From assembly GCA_033764015.1 (NCBI GenBank), contig JANRJK010000045.1:1-33979 (forward strand): a stretch of DNA of 33,979 nt, written 5' to 3'. The notes below the pieces were generated by a model, which had not been told where the DNA came from, made no database searches, and was given only the letters and a program-made list of their open reading frames with translations. This stretch comes from Candidatus Sumerlaeia bacterium. GTDB lineage: Bacteria; Sumerlaeota; Sumerlaeia; SLMS01; JANRJK01. Each line of letters starts with the position of its first letter. Position 1 is the first letter of the stretch. This document shows, piece by piece, positions 19,223 through 28,625 of the stretch. The position numbers and the translations under genes are program-made.

Positions 19223-20533
19223 GTGGGCGCCTACTCGGACGGGCAGCTCGCCCAGTACCGCTTCGCCTCGCCGCGCAACGCGCTGCTGTTGTTCGCCGGC
19301 GCGGCGCTCTCCGTCGGCGCGGCGACCCGTTCCGCGGTGCTGCTCGGCGCGGGGACCACGGTCCTGCTGGCGTTCGCGCTCTCCTGGTTCCGGGCCTTCC
19401 GGCTGCTCGGCGGCGCCACCGCGGAGCGCGCGCACCACGCCCGCGCCTTCGAGGAGCAGACTCTCCCCATCGAGCTGACAGTCCGCGCCGGGGAGGGGCG
19501 CGTCCTCGACCTGGTGCTGCTCGAGGACTACTGCATGCCCGCCTCGACGTACCGCCTGCGGACGCTCTTCACGGAGGAGGTCGGCGCCGGGCGCGCGACG
19601 CGGGCGCGTTTCGACGTCGCCATGACGCACCGCCGCGGCGCCTACGCGCTCGGCCCGACGCGCCTCGTCGCCTGGGACCCCTTCGGCTTCTTCGAGCGCG
19701 AACTGCTGCTCGAGAACCTCACGCAGCTCGTCCTCTACCCCAACAGCGTCGAGCTGCAGGAGGCGGACCTCCTCGGCGACGGCGTGCTCGCGCATGTCGG
19801 CTACGAGACGACGCGGCGCACCGGCATGAGCGAGGAGTTCGTCGGCATCCGCGACTACCGCCCGGGCGATTCGACGCGCGCGATCCACTGGCGCAGCTCC
19901 GCCCGCCACGGGCGCCCCATGGTGAAGGAGTTCCAGGAGGAGATCACCACGCGCGTTTCGATCTTCCTCGATCTCGGCCGGCGCGGACTGGTCGGCGTGG
20001 GCGACCAGACGAGCGTCGAGTACGGCATCAAGGCGGCCGCCTCCATCGCGCGCCGCGCGGTCGCGCTCGGGCACCGGATCGAGTTCTTCGGCGTCGCTAA
20101 GACCGTCGAACACCTGCCGGAGGGCGCCGGCACCGAGCACCTGCTCGCGCTGCTGGACCGCCTCGCGTTCCTCAAGCCGGAGGGCGAGTCCGCGTTCGCG
20201 GAGCAGGTGCGGCGCCAGGCGGCGCACCTGCCGCGCGGCGCCACCGCGGTGCTGATCGCGAGCGCCACCGCCACCACGTTGCAGGAGTACGAGTCGGTGC
20301 TCGACCTGCTGGTGGCGCAGCGGGTGCTGCCGCTGATGGTGCTGATCGACGACCGGGCGTTCGTGAAGATCTACGAGGAGCAGGAGCGCGCCCACTATTC
20401 CGCGCCGAAGCTGGAGGAGCTGGCCCGCGCCCTCGCCGCGCGCGGCGCCGTGGTCCGCGTGATCCGCCGCGCCAAGACCATCGGCCAGGCGCTCACCCAG
20501 GGCCTCGAGCGCGACGCCGCCAGCGCCCTCTGA
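19223..20533 (+). CDS. DUF58 domain-containing membrane-associated protein
   Basis: N-terminal hydrophobic helices, RRGAY.LGP...DPFGFF, EEFVGIRDYRPGDSTRAIHWRSSAR and MVKEFQEE. GTG start. Confidence 0.9.
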   Translation: MGAYSDGQLAQYRFASPRNALLLFAGAALSVGAATRSAVLLGAGTTVLLAFALSWFRAFRLLGGATAERAHHARAFEEQTLPIELTVRAGEGRVLDLVLLEDYCMPASTYRLRTLFTEEVGAGRATRARFDVAMTHRRGAYALGPTRLVAWDPFGFFERELLLENLTQLVLYPNSVELQEADLLGDGVLAHVGYETTRRTGMSEEFVGIRDYRPGDSTRAIHWRSSARHGRPMVKEFQEEITTRVSIFLDLGRRGLVGVGDQTSVEYGIKAAASIARRAVALGHRIEFFGVAKTVEHLPEGAGTEHLLALLDRLAFLKPEGESAFAEQVRRQAAHLPRGATAVLIASATATTLQEYESVLDLLVAQRVLPLMVLIDDRAFVKIYEEQERAHYSAPKLEELARALAARGAVVRVIRRAKTIGQALTQGLERDAASAL

Positions 20534-20638
20534 AGCCCTCCCGCTAAAACGATTCCGACCTCTCAACAAGGGTTGACCGCCGGGGAGCTCGGGCCCCGCC
20601 ATCGGCTCAACCCGAACGTTGCCCACGGAACCCCTCCG

Positions 20639-21601
20639 ATGAACCCCTTCGAGCAACGCGGTCTGATCGCAGGACTCCTGCTGTCCATCATGGGCGCGAC
20701 CGCCGTCCATGGGCAGGTGACAACGCTCCTCCCGGCCGGGAGTGAGTGGAAGTACCTAGACGGCGGCCAGACGCCCGCGAGCGCCGACTGGAAAAGCCCC
20801 GGCTTCGACGACTCGGCCTGGCCCTCCGGCGCCGGACCGCTAGGCTACAACGATCCCGGCATCACGACGACGCTCTCCTTCGGGGAGTCGTCGGGGGCCA
20901 AGGCCCCCAGCTACTTCTTCCGCGGCACCTTCGACATGCCCGCGGGGCCCCGGCCCGCCTATGTGATGCTGCGCCTGCGCGCGGACGACGGAGCGATCGT
21001 CCACATCAACGGCGCCGAGGTGTTCCGAACGAACATGTCCACCCTGGCGCAGGCGCCCACCGACTGGGCCTCCGTCACCGTGGCCGGCGAAGACGAAGGC
21101 GTCCACTTCGAGTTCCCCGTCGCCGCCACGCTCTTCCAGCCCGGCCGCAACACCATCGCCGCGCAGGTGCACCAGCGCGACGCGGACTCCTCCGACGTGG
21201 CCTTCGACCTGGAGATCCTCGGCGTGCCGAGGCTCGGCGACCTGAAGCCGACCACCTTCCCCAAGGGATGGTACGCGCACGAGCGCAGCGCGTTCGGCGC
21301 CGCCTACCTCCGCGGGCTGCCGGTGGTGAAGTACGTCTACAGCCCGAAGGACAAGAACTCGATGCGCATGGAGCAGGAGACGTTCGACTTCAACTCCGTG
21401 CGCCAGCTCCTCGACACCCGGTTCGTGTGCCTGGCGATCAACGCCGACACCGCCGACGCCGCGACGCTGGCGGCGCTCGATGTGCAGTCGCTGCCGACGA
21501 TCATCGTGTCGGACTGGCAGGGGCGCGAGCTGACCGGCGCCAACGGCTTCATCGACTACCAGCTCCTGGAGCGGAGGCTCCGGACGGCTCTGGGGGAGTA
21601 G
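20639..21601 (+). CDS. Secreted protein: galactose-binding-like jelly-roll domain plus C-terminal thioredoxin-like fold without CxxC
   Basis: Signal peptide, GSEWKYLDGG...FDDSAWPSGAGPLGY...ADDGAIVHINGAEV...GRNTIAAQVHQ, then LPVVKYVYSPKDKNSMRMEQETF...FVCLAINAD...VQSLPTIIV. Confidence 0.72.
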   Translation: MNPFEQRGLIAGLLLSIMGATAVHGQVTTLLPAGSEWKYLDGGQTPASADWKSPGFDDSAWPSGAGPLGYNDPGITTTLSFGESSGAKAPSYFFRGTFDMPAGPRPAYVMLRLRADDGAIVHINGAEVFRTNMSTLAQAPTDWASVTVAGEDEGVHFEFPVAATLFQPGRNTIAAQVHQRDADSSDVAFDLEILGVPRLGDLKPTTFPKGWYAHERSAFGAAYLRGLPVVKYVYSPKDKNSMRMEQETFDFNSVRQLLDTRFVCLAINADTADAATLAALDVQSLPTIIVSDWQGRELTGANGFIDYQLLERRLRTALGE

Positions 21602-21764
21602 GCGGACGGCCTTCGCCACCGTCGCTTTACCGTTTACCCCGCGGCTCGGTGGTTGCTGAGGTTGCCTATCAAGGCTCACTGGGCCTTCCGTCACCCCGAG
21701 GCGAGGTCCCCCCATGGCGTCGCATTCCGAGCCGTTCCCGTCATTCGCAGCCGCTGGAGCTTCG

Positions 21765-23699
21765 ATGTCCTCCCACCAAGCGTCATCCCCGGCCCTCGAG
21801 GCCGCCGTCCTCCCCGCGATCAAGTCGCCCGCGGACATCAAGAAGCTCTCGCTCCCGCAGCTTGAACAGCTCGCCAAGGACGTGCGCCAGCGGATCATCG
21901 AAGTGATCGCGGTGAAGGGCGGCCACTTCGGCGCGCCGCTATGCGCGGTCGACCTCACGGTGGCGCTGCTGCACGCCTTCGACCCGCCCGAGGACAAGGT
22001 GGTCTGGGACACCGGCCACCAGGCCTACGCGTGGAAGATCCTCACCGGGCGCAACGAGCGCTTCGAGTCGATCCGCCAGTACGGCGGGCTGTCCGGCTTC
22101 CTGAAGCGCACCGAGAGCGAGTACGACGCCTTCGGGGCGGGGCACGCCTCGACCTCGATCTCCGCCGCGCTCGGCATGGCGAACGCCCGCGACGTGATCG
22201 GCGGCACCAACAAGGTGGTCGCCGTGATCGGCGACGGGTCGATGACGGGCGGCCTCGCGTACGAGGCGCTCAACCACGCCGGCATGCGCAAGACCGACAT
22301 GATCGTGATCCTCAACGACAACGAGATGTCGATCAGCAACAACGTCTGGGTGCTGCACAAGGCGCTGGCGGACCTGATCACGGAGCCCGCCTACAACAAG
22401 GTGAAGGGCGAGATCGCCGCGCTGCTGCACCGCTCGCGCGTGGGCGACACGCTGCTGCACGCCGCGCAGCGCGTCGAGGAGTCGATCAAGGGACTCATGG
22501 TGCCGGGCATGTTCTTCGAGCAGCTCGGCTTCCGCTACATCGGCCCCATCGACGGCCACAACATGGAGGAGACGGTCTCGATCCTCAAGAAGGCGCACGA
22601 GCTCCGCGGCCCGCTCCTGATCCACCTGATCACCAAGAAGGGTAAGGGCTACTCCTACGCCGAGGCGGACCCGATCAAGTACCACGCCGCGGCGAACATG
22701 AAGGTCGAAACCGGCGAAATGGCGAAGACCTCCGGGCCCCCCGCCCTCACCAAGGTCTTCGGCACGACACTGTGCGAGCTGGCCCGCGAGGACTCGAAGG
22801 TCGTCGCCATCACCGCCGCCATGCCCCAGGGCACCGGCACCGACCAGTTCGAGAAGGAGTTCCCCGAGCGCTTCTTCGACGTCGGCATCGCGGAGGCCTC
22901 CGGCGTCTGCATGGCCGCCGGCATGGCGTGCGAAGGCGTGAAGCCCTTCGTCGCGATCTACTCGACCTTCCTCCAGCGCGCCTTCGACCAGATCGTCCAC
23001 GACGTCGCGCTGCAGCACCTCCCGGTGCGCTTCGTCCTCGACCGCGGCGGCCTGGTCGGCGCCGACGGCCCCACGCACCACGGCGTGCTCGACCTCTCGT
23101 ACCTCCGGATCATCCCGGACATGGTGGTGATGGCGCCGAAGGACGAGCAGGAGCTGCGCCGCATGACGCGCACGATGTACGAGCACAACGACGGCCCCTC
23201 GGCGATGCGCTACCCGCGCGGCAACGCGACCGGCAAGCACCCGATCGACGGCACGCCCTATCCCGCGCTGCCGATCGGCGAGGCGGAGCTGGTGAAGCGC
23301 GGCGAGCGCGTGGCGCTCATCGGCATCGGCCTCATGTCGCTCCACTTCGAGGAGGCCGCCCCGCTCATCGAGGCGGAACTCGGCCACCCCGTCACGGTCG
23401 TCAACGCGCGCTTCGTGAAGCCGCTGGACCTCGCGATGCTCCGCGACATGGCGGAAACGCACGAGTTCCTCTTCACCGCGGAGGACAACGCGGTGGTCGG
23501 GGGCTTCGGCTGCGCGGTGAACGAGGCGCTCGAGGAGCTCGGCACCGCCAAGCGCGCGGTCAAGTTCGGCATCCCGGACCGCTTCGTGGACCACGGGACG
23601 CCGAAGGAGCTGTACGACGAGGTGGGCCTGTCGCCGAAGCAGCTCGCCGCCCGGGTCGTGGCCGCGGTGCGCGGGACGGAAGCGCCGGTCTTCGCATAG
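21765..23699 (+). CDS. dxs: 1-deoxy-D-xylulose-5-phosphate synthase
   Basis: GGHFG, WDTGHQAY, GHASTSISA, TPP-binding GDGSMTGG...LNDN, YIGPIDGH, DVGIAE, YSTFLQRAFDQ and DGPTHHG. GGAG SD before ATG 21765. Confidence 0.97.
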   Translation: MSSHQASSPALEAAVLPAIKSPADIKKLSLPQLEQLAKDVRQRIIEVIAVKGGHFGAPLCAVDLTVALLHAFDPPEDKVVWDTGHQAYAWKILTGRNERFESIRQYGGLSGFLKRTESEYDAFGAGHASTSISAALGMANARDVIGGTNKVVAVIGDGSMTGGLAYEALNHAGMRKTDMIVILNDNEMSISNNVWVLHKALADLITEPAYNKVKGEIAALLHRSRVGDTLLHAAQRVEESIKGLMVPGMFFEQLGFRYIGPIDGHNMEETVSILKKAHELRGPLLIHLITKKGKGYSYAEADPIKYHAAANMKVETGEMAKTSGPPALTKVFGTTLCELAREDSKVVAITAAMPQGTGTDQFEKEFPERFFDVGIAEASGVCMAAGMACEGVKPFVAIYSTFLQRAFDQIVHDVALQHLPVRFVLDRGGLVGADGPTHHGVLDLSYLRIIPDMVVMAPKDEQELRRMTRTMYEHNDGPSAMRYPRGNATGKHPIDGTPYPALPIGEAELVKRGERVALIGIGLMSLHFEEAAPLIEAELGHPVTVVNARFVKPLDLAMLRDMAETHEFLFTAEDNAVVGGFGCAVNEALEELGTAKRAVKFGIPDRFVDHGTPKELYDEVGLSPKQLAARVVAAVRGTEAPVFA

Positions 23700-23756
23700 C
23701 CGGGCGGCGGGGCGGCTTCCGAAAGCGCTCGCCAGCGGCACGTTCGGCGCTTCAAC

Positions 23757-25085
23757 GTGGTGTCCCGCGCGCCGAACCCAGGCACCCGGCGCGGGGCACC
23801 CAGGAGTCCGCCGGCCACCTTGCACTCCCTCGAAGCCGCCCCGCAGAACATCTCCCCGCGCCTCGGGCCCGGCGGGGTGCCGCTCGCCCTGTGGGGCCTG
23901 GTCGGCGCGACCACCGTGCTCTTCCTATCGAACGCGATGCTCCCGGCGATGCTCGAGCCGGTCGTCAAGGCGCGCTTCGGGCTGACGGACCGCCAAGTCT
24001 CGATGTTCTTCATCCTGCCGGCGCTGGCCCACCTGATGTTCGGCCTGGCGGTGGGTTACTTCTCCGACCGGCAGGGGCGCCGGATGCCGCTGCTCGCGTG
24101 GTCCTACTTCGGCGTGGCGGCGATGACGGCGGTGCTGCCGTTCCTGCAAAGCTACACCGCGATGCTTGCGGTCCGCTTCCTCTGGGGGGTGGCGGACGCG
24201 GTCGCGGCGACGCTGCTGTTCGCGAAGGCGGCCGACCTCTCGGAGCACACCGGCAAGGGCCGCGCGATGGCGGTGATGGGCATGGCGGTCTCCGTGGGCT
24301 ACCTGATCGGCCAGCCCGTGGCCGCGCTGGCGGACCTGCGCCCGGAGCTGCCGTTCCTCGCGACGGCGTTGGCGACGGGGGCGGTCGGCGCGGCGTTCCT
24401 GCGCCAGTCCGGCGCGCCGGAGTCGCTCGCCGCCACCACGCACCGCATCCTCCCGGCGCTCCGCCGGATCCTGCCGGTCCGCGCGCTTTGGCCCGCGCTC
24501 CTGTTCGGCTTCGTGGACAAGTACACCTTCGCGGCGATCGCGCTCCTCACCGGCACCCACATCGCCACGGCGTTCGGCGACGGCTCGGTGCTGACGCCGG
24601 CGCTGGCGATCGCGGGCTTCTGGATCGGCAGCCTCGCGGCCGCGTGGCCCTCCGGGGTGGCGACGGACCGCTTCGGCGCGATGCCCGTCATGCTGGCCGC
24701 CTCGGCCGTGTACGGGCTGTGCCTCGCGGCGATGGGCGCCGTCGGGATCGGTGGCTTCTACGCCCTCATGGCGGTGTGCGGCGGGTTCAGCGCCCTGATG
24801 TACACCCCCTCGGTGGCCCTGGTGGCGCGGCACGCGCCGGCGGATCTCCGCGGCGCCGCCATGGCGGTGTTCCAATTGGTGGGGATGCTGGGGCTGATCC
24901 TCGGCTTCGCGGCGACCGGTATCCTGTCGGCGCGCTTCGGCAGCGGCGCGGCCTACGCGGTGGCGGGCTCTTTCGAACTTGTTGCGGTGGCGCTGGTGGG
25001 AGGAGCCATCTGGCTTAGGCGCGCCTCCGCCGAAGGCCCGGCGGTCGAAGCCCCCGCGCCGGGAAGGACCGCTCCGCACCCATGA
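23757..25085 (+). CDS. Major facilitator superfamily transporter
   Basis: About 12 hydrophobic segments with MFS motif A in both halves (GYFSDRQGRR, GVATDRFG). Start uncertain; TTG 23820 (AGGAG upstream) or GTG 23877 are plausible. The stop overlaps the next ATG (ATGA). Confidence 0.88.
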   Translation: MVSRAPNPGTRRGAPRSPPATLHSLEAAPQNISPRLGPGGVPLALWGLVGATTVLFLSNAMLPAMLEPVVKARFGLTDRQVSMFFILPALAHLMFGLAVGYFSDRQGRRMPLLAWSYFGVAAMTAVLPFLQSYTAMLAVRFLWGVADAVAATLLFAKAADLSEHTGKGRAMAVMGMAVSVGYLIGQPVAALADLRPELPFLATALATGAVGAAFLRQSGAPESLAATTHRILPALRRILPVRALWPALLFGFVDKYTFAAIALLTGTHIATAFGDGSVLTPALAIAGFWIGSLAAAWPSGVATDRFGAMPVMLAASAVYGLCLAAMGAVGIGGFYALMAVCGGFSALMYTPSVALVARHAPADLRGAAMAVFQLVGMLGLILGFAATGILSARFGSGAAYAVAGSFELVAVALVGGAIWLRRASAEGPAVEAPAPGRTAPHP

Positions 25086-26533
25086 ACGCGCCCGCCGCCG
25101 CCGGGAATTCCGGCCCCGTTGAACCAGGCCCCGGCCAGCTCACGCCGAGGATCCTCGTGGTCGAGGACGAGCCCACGACGCTGGCGCTGCTCTCGAAGCT
25201 GCTCGAGCGCGGTCGCATGGCCGCCTACGCCGCGTCCGGAGTGCGGGAGGCGGGCGCGGTCCTATCGCAAACCGTGCCGGACGTCGCGGTGGTCGATGTG
25301 TACCTCGGGGACGGCGACGGCCTCGCGCTGGTCCGCGAGCTCCGCGGGCGCATCCCCGAGCTCGGCGTCGTCGTGATTTCCGCGGAGGACACCGAGTCGC
25401 TCGCGGGGAAGGCCCTCGAATCCGGCGCCGACTACTTCCTCTCGAAGCCGATCTCGCCCGCCGCGCTCCTCCTGACGATCCGCAAGCTGATCGAGCTGAA
25501 GGAGCAGCGCCGCCGCACCGCGGACCTGCAGCGCGAGCTGGCGCGGTCGCTCCGCGACACCGGCTTCCCCGGCATCATCACGCAGAACGACACGATGAAG
25601 TCGGTGCTCCGGCTGGTCGAGAAGGTCGCCTCGCGCGACCTCGCGGTGCTCGTGCACGGCGAAAGCGGCACCGGCAAGGAGCTGGTCGCGCGGGCGATCC
25701 ACGACGCGGGTCCCCGCGCCAAGGGGGCGTTCGTCGAGCTGAACTGCGCCGCGCTCCCCCCGAACCTCGTCGAAAGCGAGCTCTTCGGCCACGAGAAGGG
25801 ATCGTTCACCGGGGCGATCGCGACGCGGTCGGGTAAGATCGAGCAGGCGAACGGCGGCACGCTCTTCCTGGACGAGATCGGCGAGCTGCCGCTGGAAGTG
25901 CAGCCGAAGCTCCTCCGGGCGCTGCAGGAGCGCCGGATCACCCGCGTCGGCGGCGCCCAGTCGATCGAGTCCGACTTCCGCCTCATCTCGGCGACGAACC
26001 GCGACCTGGTCGAGGAGATGCGCATGGGCCGCTTCCGCGAGGACCTGTTCTACCGCATCGGCGTGTTCCCGATCAAGCTGCCGCCGCTGCGCGAGCGCCG
26101 CGAGGACGTCGACCTGCTGATGTCGCACTTCTTCAAGCAGGAGAAGGCGGACCACTTCACCATCACCCCCGCCGCCCGCGCGCTCCTGCTGGGCTACCCC
26201 TGGCCCGGCAACATCCGCGAACTGAGGAACTTCACGCTCGCCATCGCCCTGCTGGCGGAGGACTCGCGGATCGACGAGGCCGACGTGCGCGGCTACCTCG
26301 GGACGCGGCTCGACACGCTCGCCCCGCCGCGCGGAGACAGCGCGGCCCCGCGCGCGTCCGGGCCGGAGTCGGTCCGCCGCCTGGAGGACGTCGAACGGGA
26401 GGAGATCCTCCACGCGCTCCGCGTGTTCAAAGGCGACGTGCCCGAATCGGCGCGGGCGCTGGGCATGGGGCGCGCCACCCTCTACAAGTACATCCGGCGC
26501 ACCGGGATCCACCTGCCCGATTTCGCCGGCTGA
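25082..26533 (+). CDS. Sigma-54-dependent response regulator (NtrC/AtoC/PilR family)
   Basis: Receiver domain (VVEDE, VVD, SKP), AAA+ domain (GESGTGKE, ESELFGHEKGSFTGA, LFLDEIGE, FREDLFYR, WPGNIREL), Fis-type HTH (ARALGMGRATLYKY). Confidence 0.95.
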   Translation: MNAPAAAGNSGPVEPGPGQLTPRILVVEDEPTTLALLSKLLERGRMAAYAASGVREAGAVLSQTVPDVAVVDVYLGDGDGLALVRELRGRIPELGVVVISAEDTESLAGKALESGADYFLSKPISPAALLLTIRKLIELKEQRRRTADLQRELARSLRDTGFPGIITQNDTMKSVLRLVEKVASRDLAVLVHGESGTGKELVARAIHDAGPRAKGAFVELNCAALPPNLVESELFGHEKGSFTGAIATRSGKIEQANGGTLFLDEIGELPLEVQPKLLRALQERRITRVGGAQSIESDFRLISATNRDLVEEMRMGRFREDLFYRIGVFPIKLPPLRERREDVDLLMSHFFKQEKADHFTITPAARALLLGYPWPGNIRELRNFTLAIALLAEDSRIDEADVRGYLGTRLDTLAPPRGDSAAPRASGPESVRRLEDVEREEILHALRVFKGDVPESARALGMGRATLYKYIRRTGIHLPDFAG

Positions 26534-26586
26534 GCGGGCAGGCGCGGCCTTGACGCGGTGCGGACGCGCCGGGGAAAGCCTCGTCC

Positions 26587-26925
26587 ATGGCCGATTCCGC
26601 ACCCAAGACCCGCGCGCGCTTGTTCGCAATGGCGCTCCTCGCCGCCTGGACCGGCGTGGTTGCGGCGTTCGTCGTGGCGCGCATGCCGCTGCAGGTCGAG
26701 CTGCGCGACGCGCGGGCGGCGTTCCTCGCGAAGCGCGAGACGCACGGGGAGGCATCGGCCGCACGGCGCGAGGCGGAGGAGCGGCTGCTGCGCGCGCGCA
26801 CCGACCCCGGCGCCGCCATCGACGAGGCCCGCCGGCGCATGACCATGGTGCGGCCCGGCGAGACCGTGTACCGCCTAACCCCGGGCGGCGCGCCGCCGAC
26901 GGGAGAAGCGCAGCAGGCACCGTAG
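26587..26925 (+). CDS. FtsB/DivIC-like septum formation initiator family protein
   Basis: One N-terminal TM helix, a coiled coil, then DP.AAIDEARRRMTMVRPGETVYRL, matching the FtsB/DivIC C-terminal pattern (E..AR..LG.VKPGE..Y). Confidence 0.7.
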   Translation: MADSAPKTRARLFAMALLAAWTGVVAAFVVARMPLQVELRDARAAFLAKRETHGEASAARREAEERLLRARTDPGAAIDEARRRMTMVRPGETVYRLTPGGAPPTGEAQQAP

Positions 26926-27807
26926 CGCGAAGAGCACCGCTCCCGGCCAGGTGAGCAGCACCGCCCGCCGGTAGCCGCGCGAATGCGCCGCCCGCATCCA
27001 GCGCCACTCGAACGGCAGCGCCCGCGTCGCGATGTGCCACAAACCGTGGTTCTTGATCACGAAGCGCCAGCGGCTCCGGTGGTTGGTGCGCTGGAAGCGC
27101 CACGACAACTTGGTGAGTCCCGGCGATTCGGCGTGGTACGCGGCCGCCGCGCCCGCATAGCGCACCCGCCGCCCCGCCCGCGCCAGCCGCACGCACCAGT
27201 CGCTCTCCTCGTAGTACGCCGGATGGTACTCCTCGTCGAAGCCGCCGAGCGCCTCGACGTCCCCTCGGCGGATGGCGATCAACGCCCCGGTCACATAGTC
27301 CACATCACGGATCGTTCGCCACTCGGGGCCGTCCTTCTTCATCAGGCCGAGGTGCTCGCACATGCCGTTCGGATAAAGGACCCCGCCCGCGTGCTGGATC
27401 AGGTCGGTGTGCGGGTAAAGCAGCCGCGCCCCGACGATGCCGACCGTGGCATCGCGCTCCAGCTCGTCGACCATCAGGCGGATCGCGTCCGGCTCCGGCC
27501 AGCAATCCGGGTTGAGGAAGACAACGATCGGCGCGGTGGCGGCGCGCCAGCCGACGTTGTTCCCGCCGGAGTAGCCCAGGTTGGCGCCGGTCTGGATGAA
27601 GCGCGACAGCACGGTGTGGCGCGCCGCGATCTCGGCGCTGCGGTCCTGCGAGGCGTTGTCCACCACGATGACCTCCAGCCGGACCCCGCGGCTGCGCGCG
27701 AGCGACGCCAGGCAGCCGGTGAGGTGGCGCTCGCTGTTGTACGACAGCACCACCACCGAGACGAAGGGCTCGGCCCCGGCGGCTGGATCGCGGTCAACTG
27801 TGGTCAT
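26875..27807 (-). CDS. Glycosyltransferase family 2
   Basis: VSVVVLSYN, VIVVDNASQD, NLGYSGGNN, VFLNPDC, VDYVTGA and GGFDEEY..YYEESDWC. Start placed at ATG 27807. Confidence 0.92.
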   Translation of the reverse strand: MTTVDRDPAAGAEPFVSVVVLSYNSERHLTGCLASLARSRGVRLEVIVVDNASQDRSAEIAARHTVLSRFIQTGANLGYSGGNNVGWRAATAPIVVFLNPDCWPEPDAIRLMVDELERDATVGIVGARLLYPHTDLIQHAGGVLYPNGMCEHLGLMKKDGPEWRTIRDVDYVTGALIAIRRGDVEALGGFDEEYHPAYYEESDWCVRLARAGRRVRYAGAAAAYHAESPGLTKLSWRFQRTNHRSRWRFVIKNHGLWHIATRALPFEWRWMRAAHSRGYRRAVLLTWPGAVLFALRCLLRFSRRRRAARG

Positions 27808-27879
27808 GGCGTGAACGGCACCGAATCTTGCTGCATGCACGGCAGCGCGCAACGCGCGCCGAAGAAAGGACAAGAACCG

Positions 27880-28206
27880 ATGGAGATTTCCCCGCGCAAA
27901 CTGCTTCCTGCCGCCCTCGTGGCGGGAGCCGCGCTTCTTTCCGGCTGCGTGTTCGCCCCCGTGGCCCCCCCGAGGGGCTTCCTGTACAACGACCAGACCT
28001 CGCCGCTCTTCCCCGGCGGCAAGCCCGGCTCCAAGGTCGGCAAGGCTTCCTCCTCCAACGTGCTGTTCCTCGCCGGCTGGGGCGACTCGGGGCTCGCGGC
28101 GGCGATCCGCGACGGCGGGCTCGAATCGGTCAACCACACCGACTACCGCATCCAGAACTACCTCCTGATCTACCAGCGCTACACCACCGTCGTGTACGGG
28201 GAATGA
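27880..28206 (+). CDS. TRL-like family lipoprotein
   Basis: Lipobox LLSG-C. G.LY...P...SKVGKAS..NVL...WGDSGLAAAIRDGGL..V...DY...YTTVVYGE is the TRL-like pattern. AAGGA SD. Confidence 0.8.
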   Translation: MEISPRKLLPAALVAGAALLSGCVFAPVAPPRGFLYNDQTSPLFPGGKPGSKVGKASSSNVLFLAGWGDSGLAAAIRDGGLESVNHTDYRIQNYLLIYQRYTTVVYGE

Positions 28207-28625
28207 CGATGCGGACGCTTGCGGTTCCGTTGGCGCTCGCCGCGGCCTGCCTCGCGGCCGGCTGCACCAGCGCCCGCGTCGGCGTCGGAACGCCGATGGG
28301 CATCATCTACAAGGACGTCGTCGCGCCGATGTCGCTGGAACGCAAGCGCGGGCCGGAAGCGGGTCAGCCGGTCGCCATCCCGCCGGTGCTGGTCGATGGC
28401 GTGTCGACCGGCTACGCGCTGGACCTGAGCATTCCCGGCCTCGAGTTCACACGCCCCTTCAGCATCGGCTGGGGCGACATGTCGTTGGAGCGCGCCATGC
28501 GCGAAGGCGGCCTTGAACGGGTGGTCTACGCCGACGGCCGCGAAACGACGATCCTCCGCATCTTCCAGCGGGCACGGGTGGTCGCCTACGGGCCCCCCGC
28601 GCTCGAAGCGGAGGCGGCACCGTGA
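28203..28625 (+). CDS. Second TRL-like family lipoprotein
   Basis: Lipobox LAAG-C, GIIY...P and GWGDMSLERAMREGGLERVVYAD...VVAYG. ATGA overlap with the previous gene. Confidence 0.75.
   Translation: MTMRTLAVPLALAAACLAAGCTSARVGVGTPMGIIYKDVVAPMSLERKRGPEAGQPVAIPPVLVDGVSTGYALDLSIPGLEFTRPFSIGWGDMSLERAMREGGLERVVYADGRETTILRIFQRARVVAYGPPALEAEAAP

Noticed and set aside
17171..20710. 1179-aa minus-strand ORF as a single protein
   Set aside because: Only the last 281 aa (from ATG 18016, with a signal peptide) look real. The rest is antisense to the MDR and DUF58 genes.
21602..21764. TPP riboswitch upstream of dxs
   Set aside because: Only a GCTGAG fragment matches. The CUGAGA...ACCUGA...GxAxxG core is absent.
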